Assembly: GCA_964408435.1 (NCBI GenBank)
Contig: CAYOZL010000004.1
Coordinates: 1,839-65,838, forward strand
DNA from: an uncultured Bdellovibrionales bacterium
GTDB taxonomy: Bacteria; Bdellovibrionota_C; UBA2361; SZUA-149; CAYOZL01
Direction of reading: 5' to 3'
DNA length: 64,000 nucleotides
Shown piece by piece: positions 53,284 through 62,499 of the stretch (its first letter is position 1; each line of letters opens with the position of its first letter). A program made the translations under genes and the position numbers. The notes under the pieces were generated by a model. It was given only the letters and a program-made list of their open reading frames with translations, was not told the origin of the DNA and made no database searches.

Positions 53284-54120
53284 ATGAAAATAAAAGAGTT
53301 TGGACTAAAGATTACAATGAAAAATTCAATATTTTTTTTAATTATCCTATTTTCCTGCATATTTTTACTGCCTGGCTCTAGCTATGCAGATGGGAGCGCC
53401 CCAAACAAGAGCCTTGAAAACATTACTTATAAAAGTGTCGATAATAGAAGTAACTATCAACAATTCTTAGCTAAATATGATGAACTCTTAAAAGATTACA
53501 CTAAACCTACATCTAAAAATGGCATATCCTTCGTTGGTGTTAACTATGATTCATGGTCTAAAGATCAAAGACACTCTGAGGCATTAAAACTTTTTAAATC
53601 AATTAATATTAGTAAAATCAAAGATAAAAAAGCATTCTGGATTAACGCTTATAATTTTCTAACTATAGAACTAATTATCAAAGAAGACGAGAAAAAGAGT
53701 ATAAAAAATTTAGCAACAGTATTAAAAAGCCCTTGGAAAAGATTTTCATGGGAATTAAATGGTGAAAACTACACCCTAGATAAAATAGAACATGAGATTT
53801 TAAGACCATTAGGAGACCCTAGTATTCACTTTGCGATTAACTGTGCATCTGTTTCTTGTCCTGATGTTAGAAGTGACAGTTATCGTTCAGAGACTTTAGA
53901 CCAACAACTAACAGAACAAGTTCAGCTAGCTCTTAAAGATAAAAATAGAGGACTTAGAATAGATGGCTCTAAAATATATGTTCATAAGCTATTTAAGTGG
54001 TTTGATAAAGATTTTGATAATGGTGATGTTAAAGGCTGGATATCTAAATATACTGATATTAAGAGTGATGCTAAAATAAAGTATCTAGACTATGATTGGT
54101 CACTCAATAAAGTCTATTAA
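53284..54120 (+). CDS. DUF547-family secreted protein
   Basis: Signal peptide, then FWINAYNFLTIELII...HFAINCASVSCP, the DUF547 signature (FWIN-x-YN...C-x-x-x-S-C-P). The start could be the internal Met at 53317. Confidence 0.6.
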   Translation: MKIKEFGLKITMKNSIFFLIILFSCIFLLPGSSYADGSAPNKSLENITYKSVDNRSNYQQFLAKYDELLKDYTKPTSKNGISFVGVNYDSWSKDQRHSEALKLFKSINISKIKDKKAFWINAYNFLTIELIIKEDEKKSIKNLATVLKSPWKRFSWELNGENYTLDKIEHEILRPLGDPSIHFAINCASVSCPDVRSDSYRSETLDQQLTEQVQLALKDKNRGLRIDGSKIYVHKLFKWFDKDFDNGDVKGWISKYTDIKSDAKIKYLDYDWSLNKVY

Positions 54121-54136
54121 TAAAGTTTTTAGCGAT

Positions 54137-54808
54137 ATGATTAAAATTTTACTCTTAATTTTATTTCTACAGTCTAAATGTTTTGCAATAGATGAGAATT
54201 TTCTATCCTTAGATAATTGGAAAGAACATACCTTCCCCAAAATAAAGCAACATTCTAAGTATAAGATCGTAGAGAACGGAATACTAGAAGCAAAAACTAA
54301 CAATTCAGCATCTGGTTTACTTCATAAAGAAAAATTTAATGTTTACGATAAGAAAAACTTAGAATTTAAATGGAAGGCTACGAATGTATTTACAAAAGGG
54401 GATTACAGCAAAAAAAGCGGGGATGATTACCCAATTAGGGTTTATATAATATTTGAATACAATGCTGATGAGGCTCGCTTTTCAAAAAGAATGAAATATA
54501 AAGCAGCAAAGACTCTCTATGGTGAATATCCTCCAGATTCTAGCTTAAACTATATATGGTCTAATAAGGACGGCAGTAAAGACAAGATAGTAAATAGTCC
54601 CTACACTGAGCAAACTAAGCTTATAGTTTTACAGTCTGGAAAATTAAATCTTAATACATGGCAGACTGAAAAAATAAATATAGTAGAAGACTATAAAAGA
54701 GCATTCGGTAAAAACCCTCCAAAAATAGCATCAGTGGCTATAATGGCGGATTCAGATAACACAAAAGAGAGTGCTACTAGCTATCTAGACTGGATTAAAA
54801 TTTATTAA
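54137..54808 (+). CDS. DUF3047-like secreted protein
   Basis: Preferred start is 54137 (MIKILLLILFLQSKCFA signal peptide). The W...F...Y...L-x-A...SASGL...L-x-F-x-W...GDDYPIRVYIIF pattern is recalled from DUF3047. Confidence 0.45.
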   Translation: MIKILLLILFLQSKCFAIDENFLSLDNWKEHTFPKIKQHSKYKIVENGILEAKTNNSASGLLHKEKFNVYDKKNLEFKWKATNVFTKGDYSKKSGDDYPIRVYIIFEYNADEARFSKRMKYKAAKTLYGEYPPDSSLNYIWSNKDGSKDKIVNSPYTEQTKLIVLQSGKLNLNTWQTEKINIVEDYKRAFGKNPPKIASVAIMADSDNTKESATSYLDWIKIY

Positions 54809-54837
54809 GGCTATATATCTATTTTTTACGGCTATCT

Positions 54838-55404
54838 CTACTGAGAGAAAGAAATGTTGGCCTTAGATAAAAGCTCTTTAGCTTCAGCGTTATTAAAATC
54901 TACCGATAAAGCTTTATCAGCATAATATTTAGCTTTTAAGTAATTTCCCTGTTCAAGATATTCACTTCCTAACCAAACCATTAAACTTGGATCTGAAGGA
55001 CAACGAGCAGATAAAGATGAGAAAAGCTCGATTCTTTTAGCTGTTTCTGTTTCAATTAAAGCCTGATTAACTTCTTTTTCTATACTAGGACATTTTTTAT
55101 ATAGCTTGTCTAAACTAGATTCTTCAGTTTCGCCTGAACGTATTTGCTCTAATCTTTCTTTATTTAATCTATATTGACGCTCAATAATCTTTGAAGCTAA
55201 CCCTGTACCGTGATTATTATCAAAACTGCCTTGAGCTATCCCAATTCTTAATTTGTTTTGCTTTGCCCAACCAGGCAAACCATTTGGAAACGCCCCTCTA
55301 TTAATTAAACCTTGAGTTGCTGGACCCGTTGCAGAAGAAAAAGAACATGATGTACATAGAACTAAGGCTAAAAATATTGATACTAATAAAGATTTTGATC
55401 TCAT
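54838..55404 (-). CDS. lipoprotein with C-terminal TPR-like repeats
   Basis: Signal/lipobox (LALVLCTSC). C-terminal LGSEYLEQGNYLKAKYYADKALSVDFNNAEAK is a TPR unit. Its start overlaps the upstream EpsG-like stop. Confidence 0.45.
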   Translation of the reverse strand: MRSKSLLVSIFLALVLCTSCSFSSATGPATQGLINRGAFPNGLPGWAKQNKLRIGIAQGSFDNNHGTGLASKIIERQYRLNKERLEQIRSGETEESSLDKLYKKCPSIEKEVNQALIETETAKRIELFSSLSARCPSDPSLMVWLGSEYLEQGNYLKAKYYADKALSVDFNNAEAKELLSKANISFSQ

Positions 55405-56276
55405 GATTTATTTAAAAGCCTTTTTAAAAATCCCTGTTTCTTTTCTTGGTTTCTACTAAACTGAGATTTATCTACTCCGTAGTAACTGTAATATCCGTAT
55501 TGATGAATAACGTCTTCACATTCATTTAAAACCACACCACCAATTTTATCAGAACCTATCAAATTAATTGCTTCTTTAACTAGCTTCTTTTCTGTATTCC
55601 AAGACCTTGCTACTAAGATAGTACAAGTTGATAACCTTGAAAGAGAAACTGGCTCAGCACAAAATAGAGCAGGAGGACAATCAAGAATAATTGTATTATA
55701 TTCTTTTTGAAACTCATCAAGTAGTATTTTAGTGTTTGGCTGTTCAATAGTTCTAGTAGAATCTACTACTGGGCTACCAGCAGTTAAAACATCTAAACCT
55801 GGCTCTACATTGTTTAACAAGCTCTTATATGGCTTACCAGCAAGCAAAACATCACTTAGGCCTGGTCCTTGCTCTAATCCAAAAAACTTATGCACATTTG
55901 GCTTTCTTAAATCACAATCTACTAGCAGTATTTTACCACGAGGATCGTTACCAAGAGCTCTAGATAAATTTATCGAAACTAAGCTTTTCCCTTCACTAGG
56001 CAAGGCACTTGTTATCGAAAAAATTCTCTTATTATCAAAATTAGATCTAATTGCTAATTGTTCAAGCTGACTTTTAAGAATTCTAAATCTTTCAGCTGCT
56101 CTTAAATCAGTATAGCAATCTCTAGATAGCAGTATATGTCCATCGCTAATACTTTGTTTAGTTTTAGTTCCAGGATTTAATACCGGAGAAATATTTGCTT
56201 TTTTAACAGCTTTACCTTTCTTTTTATTACTATCTTTGTTTTTTTCTTTATCTTTATTTTTTCTTTTTAAAAACAC
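55401..56276 (-). CDS. BY-kinase-type polysaccharide co-polymerase ATPase (EpsG/CpsD-like tyrosine kinase)
   Basis: Walker A is ITSALPSEGKSLVSINL, Walker A' is LLVDCDLRKP, and Walker B is IILDCPP. The Y-rich C-terminus is HQYGYYSYYG. Confidence 0.8.
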   Translation of the reverse strand: MFLKRKNKDKEKNKDSNKKKGKAVKKANISPVLNPGTKTKQSISDGHILLSRDCYTDLRAAERFRILKSQLEQLAIRSNFDNKRIFSITSALPSEGKSLVSINLSRALGNDPRGKILLVDCDLRKPNVHKFFGLEQGPGLSDVLLAGKPYKSLLNNVEPGLDVLTAGSPVVDSTRTIEQPNTKILLDEFQKEYNTIILDCPPALFCAEPVSLSRLSTCTILVARSWNTEKKLVKEAINLIGSDKIGGVVLNECEDVIHQYGYYSYYGVDKSQFSRNQEKKQGFLKRLLNKS

Positions 56277-56285
56277 TTCTATCCC

Positions 56286-57839
56286 CTAGAAAACTAAAAT
56301 AATTAGCAACACACCTAAGACCAAACTAACCATAGAAGCAAAAACGCTTAACCTTCTAGTTCTAGTCTTTTGACTCACAACTTCACTTGTTAATAACGGC
56401 GGGATAATACCTATTACAGGCAATCCTAACTCAGACTCTGCTTCTTCTCTCGACTTAAGAGAGCCATTTAAATAATAAAACAATATTGGCAAACCAAACA
56501 TAATTGCTAAGCCAGTGACTAAACCACCTAATGCAATCACCCACCTAGTAGGCCCAGAAGGAACAAGAGGAATACTTGCAGGGTCAACTATTTTAAACTG
56601 AGTTCCCTTTTGACTCTTAACTAAACTACTTTGTAAAGATGCGTTTTCTTTAGCTTCTAAAAGTCTTTGATAGCTCTCTTTTAGATTAACATAATCTCTT
56701 TCAATTTCTGAAAGTTCAGTCTCTCTAATAGGCATTAGCTTAATATTTTCTTTCAACTCATCAATTTCTAACTTTAGTTTTTCATTTTCAGACTTTAATC
56801 CACCAGTTTGCACTTCTAGCTCATTTAACTCTCTAGCGACAAGTCTAGTTTGAGGATTTGAATTAACAACAGTTGAACTTACAGAAATTGATTTCCTTCC
56901 ACTTGAACCAGCCTGACCTTCAAGGCTATCTATTCTTCTTTGAGCTGCTACTACATCAGGATGCCTATCTGAATATTTAGATTTTAGAATTTTAATAGAC
57001 TGCTTTAACTTTGCTATCGCAATTCTTGGGTCAGAGCTTGAAACGCTATTATTAACTGAATTTTGCGCAACACTTTTTTGCACAACTCTTAACTCATCTC
57101 TTAAAAATTGAATTCTTGAAAGATTAGATTTTAAAAGTTGAGTGTTATAAGAGAATTGTTTTTGAGAACTATTAAGCCTAGCAAGTGCCTCTACTCTATA
57201 CTCAGGAAGCTGATTAGAATACTTCCTTGCAAATACTTTTCTTTTCTCTTCAATTTTTGTCAGCTTCGTTCTTTGCTCTCTTAAATTAGCGTCAATAAAC
57301 TCTTCTGTTCCTCTTGTTTTAGACATCTCACTTAACGTGCTCTCATTAATAAATAATTGAGAAAGAGAGTCAGCTACGTTGTATGCAGTTTTTGCATCAT
57401 TGTGAACAAAATTTAATTTAAAAGTTTGTGTTAAGACTTTTCCTGAAGGAGAAATTACTGGTGCAATATCTATTGCTCCTCTCATTTTAATTAAAGCTTT
57501 TTCCTTACCCTTTAAACCTTTAAAACTTGGATACAATTTAAATTTATCAATAATCGATAGTAAGCGAGGTCTTGAGATCATTTCTTGAATTAAGGCTTCG
57601 AACTGCTCTTCTTGTTCTTTTTTCTCAGTACTGTTTTGTAGCATTTTAACTTTAACTTTCTGAGGCTGAATGAAAATCACAGCACTCGAACTAAAATAGT
57701 CAGGAATCTTAGCGGAAATTAGTAACATCAATATAGAAATAGCAATTGCAGGAGCCCAGAATAAATAAAAATACTTAGCAATAGCCGTCTTTATCGGTAT
57801 TAAAATTTCTGAAAATGTTTTTTTAGTCTCAAATTCCAT
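56286..57839 (-). CDS. polysaccharide chain-length determinant (Wzz/EpsF-like, PCP family)
   Basis: N-terminal TM plus a Wzz-like segment (YFSSSAVIFIQPQK), a long coiled coil, then a C-terminal TM pair (WVIALGGLVTGLAIMFGLPILFYYL). It is adjacent to the BY-kinase gene. Confidence 0.7.
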   Translation of the reverse strand: MEFETKKTFSEILIPIKTAIAKYFYLFWAPAIAISILMLLISAKIPDYFSSSAVIFIQPQKVKVKMLQNSTEKKEQEEQFEALIQEMISRPRLLSIIDKFKLYPSFKGLKGKEKALIKMRGAIDIAPVISPSGKVLTQTFKLNFVHNDAKTAYNVADSLSQLFINESTLSEMSKTRGTEEFIDANLREQRTKLTKIEEKRKVFARKYSNQLPEYRVEALARLNSSQKQFSYNTQLLKSNLSRIQFLRDELRVVQKSVAQNSVNNSVSSSDPRIAIAKLKQSIKILKSKYSDRHPDVVAAQRRIDSLEGQAGSSGRKSISVSSTVVNSNPQTRLVARELNELEVQTGGLKSENEKLKLEIDELKENIKLMPIRETELSEIERDYVNLKESYQRLLEAKENASLQSSLVKSQKGTQFKIVDPASIPLVPSGPTRWVIALGGLVTGLAIMFGLPILFYYLNGSLKSREEAESELGLPVIGIIPPLLTSEVVSQKTRTRRLSVFASMVSLVLGVLLIILVF

Positions 57840-57997
57840 ATTTTAGTTTTCTAACCTTGCATACAAAAGTAATATAGATTAAACGAATTCATAATGTATT
57901 TTAAAGAATTGTTTACCCTTTCTATATGAATTACATTTTTAATTGTGTTTATTTACCAAATTACTCAGCCAATATCTAGTCGGCTAAAGTTAAAGGA

Positions 57998-60250
57998 ATG
58001 ATTCAAAAAACTATGAATACTGTCAAAAATACATATAAATCAGATCTAAGAATAGCTTATCTTATTGTAATAATTGCATTTTTTGCTTTTTCTTGTAAGA
58101 AGGAGGATCCTCAAGCTAAGTATAATAAACATATCGAATCTGCAGATAATTATATAAATAACGATAAAGTCGATGAAGCTAGGATAGAACTTCAAAATGC
58201 TCTTGATATTAATCCTAACGATTCTGATACTAATTATAAGATTGCCGATGTCTTTTTAAAGCAAGGAAAATTGCCTCAGGCTGTTGAAAGCCTTAATTCT
58301 GCAATTAATTTTAATCCAGATAACTTTGAAGCTAGAAAAGTTTTAGCTTCTATATATTTGGCTGCAAAAGAGTACGAACAAGCCGAAAATCAAATTAATT
58401 ACATGAGCGACAAAAACGCTGAAGATACTGAGACTCTAACTCTTAAAGCAAACTTAATTGGAATGGGGCCTCAAAAAAATAATGTTGAGGCAATTAAAAT
58501 ATTAAAAAAATTACAACAAAAAGAACCAGAGAACGTAGTAGTCTTAGCTAGTAGAGCTACCTACGAATTAGCTAATGACAACGTTGAGGAAGCAGAAAGA
58601 CTATACAAACGCTCTTTAGAACTTAAGCCAGATAATAACGTAATAAAAATGTCTTTAGCTGAGCTATATAATAGACAAGCTAGATTTGATGAAGCAGAAA
58701 ATTTAATTAAATCTGTTGTAGAAACTAATCCTGAAATGTCTGGGCTACGTTATGTGTTTGGAGAATTTTTACTTAGAAGAGGGTTAGCAGATAAAGCCCT
58801 GGAACAATATAAGTCAATTATAGAGCAAGAGCCTAAAAATGTTGCTGCTAGAGATAGGCTTTACGATATTTATATCACTAGAAAGAAAAATGACGAGGCA
58901 AAAGCTTTACTGGATGACTTAAAAAACAAAGCACCAGATGATCCTTCTGTTAAATACTTTACTGCGAGAAACTTAGAACTTGAAGGTAAAAAAGTAGAAG
59001 CTTTAGAGTTATACAATGAGGCACTTAGTATTATGAATAATTTTCCAGCTTTATTTAGAAAAGTTGGAATATTAGAACTAGCAACAGGAAAGACTAATCA
59101 ATCTATAGAGCACTTAAATCAGGCTTTAAGTCTTGATGAAAATGACATCGCAGCAAGATATTCACTTGCAAGAGCCTTATTTTTTAAAAGAAATTACTCT
59201 GAAGCAAAAAGTAACTTAGATAAAGTTCTAAAAGTTTCTCCTAGTCATCTAGCTGCAAAAGTTCTACGTGCAGATCTATCTGTAATTGAGAAAGACCCTA
59301 CAAAAGCTGAAGAAGTATACACCGAACTAATAAAAGTAGCTCCTAATAACCAAATGGGATATTTCAAGATGGCAGTTCTTGAAGAGACTAAAGGAAATTT
59401 TGAAAAAGCAGCCCAGTGGCACAAAAAAACAATTGGTTTTGACAGCAACATACTTCCTTCTCTAAAAAGATTAATCTCTTTAAGAAGAAAGAAACAAAAA
59501 AAGCCTATGAATGAGCTAACTCAAGAATTAAAAGCATTAAAGGCTGAAAGTAAAAACTCTCTTGCCGAATTTGATTTAATGATTGGAACTTTAACATTAG
59601 CAGATAAGAGCGAACCAGAGAGATTAAAAAAAGGAAGAGAATCTTTAAATAGTGCTATTAAAAATAACCCTAATTTAATTGGTGCATACTTTGCCCTCGC
59701 TGCAATTGATTCTGCTGGAGGGGACCTAGAAGGAGCACAAAAAAATTATGAAAGACTTTTGGAAAAAAATCCAAAGCACACTCCAACATTAATGATGTTA
59801 GCGATGTCTCAAGAAAGTCAGAAGAAATATACAGATGCGTCTGAAACTTATAATAGAATATTAGACTTTGCGCCTAACTTTGCGCCTGCTGCTAATAACC
59901 TAGCATGGTTAATGGCTGAAGAACTAAAAGGTGATGTAGATAAGGCTCTTAAATTAGCACAAATTGCTAAAGAGCAGATGCCTAATGAAAGTAGTGTTAC
60001 TGATACCCTAGGCTGGATTCACGTATTAAAAGGGAATACTAAATTAGGTGTTGAATTCATTAAAGAAGCTATTGAGCAAGACAAAGAAAACAATAAAAGA
60101 GTTAACCCTGAAATCTTGTATCACTTAGCAAAGGCAAACTTAATTCTAGAAGATAAGACTTCTGCTTTAGAGAACATTAACAAAGCTCTTGAGGTTAAGA
60201 ATCATCCTAAATACGATAAATTCATAGAATTAAAAAATTCTATCAAATAG
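57998..60250 (+). CDS. TPR-repeat lipoprotein, PEP-CTERM-system PrsT-like
   Basis: Lipobox FAFSC, then TPR units along the whole 750 aa. It is divergent from the EpsF/EpsG genes and upstream of a Wza-like gene, the typical arrangement for PrsT. Confidence 0.6.
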   Translation: MIQKTMNTVKNTYKSDLRIAYLIVIIAFFAFSCKKEDPQAKYNKHIESADNYINNDKVDEARIELQNALDINPNDSDTNYKIADVFLKQGKLPQAVESLNSAINFNPDNFEARKVLASIYLAAKEYEQAENQINYMSDKNAEDTETLTLKANLIGMGPQKNNVEAIKILKKLQQKEPENVVVLASRATYELANDNVEEAERLYKRSLELKPDNNVIKMSLAELYNRQARFDEAENLIKSVVETNPEMSGLRYVFGEFLLRRGLADKALEQYKSIIEQEPKNVAARDRLYDIYITRKKNDEAKALLDDLKNKAPDDPSVKYFTARNLELEGKKVEALELYNEALSIMNNFPALFRKVGILELATGKTNQSIEHLNQALSLDENDIAARYSLARALFFKRNYSEAKSNLDKVLKVSPSHLAAKVLRADLSVIEKDPTKAEEVYTELIKVAPNNQMGYFKMAVLEETKGNFEKAAQWHKKTIGFDSNILPSLKRLISLRRKKQKKPMNELTQELKALKAESKNSLAEFDLMIGTLTLADKSEPERLKKGRESLNSAIKNNPNLIGAYFALAAIDSAGGDLEGAQKNYERLLEKNPKHTPTLMMLAMSQESQKKYTDASETYNRILDFAPNFAPAANNLAWLMAEELKGDVDKALKLAQIAKEQMPNESSVTDTLGWIHVLKGNTKLGVEFIKEAIEQDKENNKRVNPEILYHLAKANLILEDKTSALENINKALEVKNHPKYDKFIELKNSIK

Positions 60251-60308
60251 TATATTTATAAAGAATCATGTAGTAAAGCTATGCTAGATGATTAAAGAGG
60301 GGATTATT

Positions 60309-60881
60309 ATGTTTAGATTATTAATATTAGTTATATTTTTAACATCATGTGGTGCTAAAAATATAAGACCAAACGATGAGCTAGTAGAAGATAGCTTAGC
60401 AGAAACTGAATACTACATTAAGATTGGTGACTTACTTAGAATTAATGTTTGGGGAGAACCTAAATTATCTGGAGATGTAGTGGTAAGAAGCGATGGCAAG
60501 ATTACTGTAGCACTTGCTGATGATATTCAAGCTGAAGGTAAAACTTTAATTCAATTAAAAGATGATGTTGAGTCTAAGCTTAATGAATTTATTCCTGGAG
60601 TCTCTGTTAGTCCTTCAATGGTTCAGTCTGCACCAATAAGATATTTCCTAGCAGGACAATTTCTAAGACCAGGAGAATTTAGAAGTGACCAAGGTATTAC
60701 ACTACTTCAAGCAGTTGCAAAGGCTGGTGGCTTTGCTCCTTTTGCAGATGAAGGCTCAATTATTTTAATTAGAAAAAACTCTGCTAATGAGCTGAGATAC
60801 CAATTAAACTATAATAAAGTAGTCAGCGGCAAACAGCCTAATCCTCAATTAAGAGACGGAGACTTTATTTCAGTTGAGTAA
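60309..60881 (+). CDS. polysaccharide export outer-membrane lipoprotein (Wza/EpsE-like Poly_export domain)
   Basis: Preferred start is 60309 (MFRLLILVIFLTSCG lipobox). YYIKIGDLLRINVWGEPKLSGDVVVRSDGKITVALADDIQAEGKT is the Poly_export motif, followed by an SLBB-like region (GITLLQAVAKAGG). Confidence 0.75.
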   Translation: MFRLLILVIFLTSCGAKNIRPNDELVEDSLAETEYYIKIGDLLRINVWGEPKLSGDVVVRSDGKITVALADDIQAEGKTLIQLKDDVESKLNEFIPGVSVSPSMVQSAPIRYFLAGQFLRPGEFRSDQGITLLQAVAKAGGFAPFADEGSIILIRKNSANELRYQLNYNKVVSGKQPNPQLRDGDFISVE

Positions 60882-62499
60882 AACTACAGCTTATTTAGGG
60901 CCACAGGGATCTTATTCTGAGCTAGCTTTAAGACATTTCTTAAAAGATGCTCAAGGAGTTCCCTGCCTTTCGATAGCTGAAGTATTTTCACAACTTTCAA
61001 AAGGCTTAGTTGAACAAGCCTTTGTTCCAATAGAAAATATAATTGAAGGGCCAGTAACTGAAACTCTTGATCAGTTATTTGAAAATAGAAATAAGCTATA
61101 TATACAAAATAGCTTTAACTACTTAATTCAACATTGCTTAGGAGCGATAAACGAAAAACACGAAGAAATAACTCATATATATTCTAAAGACCAAGCTTTA
61201 AGACAGTGCTCTAAATTCATAAACGAGAAGTTTACTAATTCTAGACTATGCACTTCAAATAGCACAGGTGCAGCTGTTGAAATGATCGCTAGCAATAAAC
61301 TAAAAAATTGCGCTGCTGTTGCAGCTGAGCAAACAATTAAATCTTTTGGTCTAAAAGTTATCGCTGAAAATATATCTGATATTCCTAATAACCAAACTAG
61401 ATTCATACTTCTAGGGACAGAAAAAAAATCTCCTAAGTCAAATTCGGTAACTACAGTTTTAGTCAATCCAGGAAGAGACCGCCAAGGACTTCTTTTTGAA
61501 ATCCTAGAAGTAATAAGCGTTAAACATAAGAGCAACTTAAAATCTATTCACTCCAGACCAGATAGTAAGGGTGGTTTTATTTTTCACTTAGACCTAGAAG
61601 GTTCAGAAGACTCTTTAACTAATTGCATAGAAGAACTTAGAAATTACTGCTCAAGTATAACAGCTACGATAGATATTCTTGGTAGTTATCAACAAACTCC
61701 TTTCAACTCTAAAATAGCCTCACCTATAGGAATACTAGGTGGTGCAGGTAAAATGGGTTTATGGTTTAAAAAGTTTTTTAATTCTATTGGTGTTGAAGTA
61801 CTTATCAACGATCCAAATAGTGATGACTCAATTAAATTAAAAAAGCTTTGTGAAAGCTGTAAAATAATTATCTTAAGTGTACCAATTAATTCAGCAGAGT
61901 CTGTAATTAAAGAGCTACTAAAACATGTAAAAGCAGGTAGCCTAATTGTTGAAAACTTTTCAATTAAACACGCTTGTCTAAATAAATTAATTGAGCAAAC
62001 AAGTAAGGATGTTGAAGTTTTAGGAATTCACACAATGTTTGGCTCTGATGTAGAAACACTTAGAAAACAAAATATTATAATTTCAAAAAATTCAAAGTCT
62101 AAAGAATTATCTAATAATTTTATAGACTTACTACACAAGCACGGAGCAAACATCTCTGAACTTGATGCTAGCGAGCACGATAATCACGCAGCATACCTAC
62201 AATCTCTAATTCAATTTTTACTATTAGGTTATGGAAAATCGCTAAGTGAAGCTTTTGACTCTAAAAAAGACATAGAGTCTATGAATACACCTAATTCAAA
62301 AAATTTCGTTTCTACTCTTAAAAGAGTATTAAACTTAAGCAATGACTTATTAGCTGATATGCAAATTATAAATCCCGAGAACAAAAAAGCTAGAGAGAAT
62401 TTAATAAAAAATTTAAAAAATATTGATTCTTTAATTGATAACGAAGAAAGAAATAAGATAGTTGATTTAAAAAAAGAAATTAAAAGCTTTATAGACTAA
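60874..62499 (+). CDS. fusion protein: prephenate dehydratase (with ACT) - prephenate/arogenate dehydrogenase
   Basis: TTG start. The N-terminal half has AYLGPQGSYSELA, NQTRFILLG and an ACT-like GLLFEILEVIS...IHSRP. The C-terminal half has the NAD-binding IGILGGAGKMGLWF and the TyrA block GIHTMFG. Confidence 0.75.
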   Translation: MSKTTAYLGPQGSYSELALRHFLKDAQGVPCLSIAEVFSQLSKGLVEQAFVPIENIIEGPVTETLDQLFENRNKLYIQNSFNYLIQHCLGAINEKHEEITHIYSKDQALRQCSKFINEKFTNSRLCTSNSTGAAVEMIASNKLKNCAAVAAEQTIKSFGLKVIAENISDIPNNQTRFILLGTEKKSPKSNSVTTVLVNPGRDRQGLLFEILEVISVKHKSNLKSIHSRPDSKGGFIFHLDLEGSEDSLTNCIEELRNYCSSITATIDILGSYQQTPFNSKIASPIGILGGAGKMGLWFKKFFNSIGVEVLINDPNSDDSIKLKKLCESCKIIILSVPINSAESVIKELLKHVKAGSLIVENFSIKHACLNKLIEQTSKDVEVLGIHTMFGSDVETLRKQNIIISKNSKSKELSNNFIDLLHKHGANISELDASEHDNHAAYLQSLIQFLLLGYGKSLSEAFDSKKDIESMNTPNSKNFVSTLKRVLNLSNDLLADMQIINPENKKARENLIKNLKNIDSLIDNEERNKIVDLKKEIKSFID

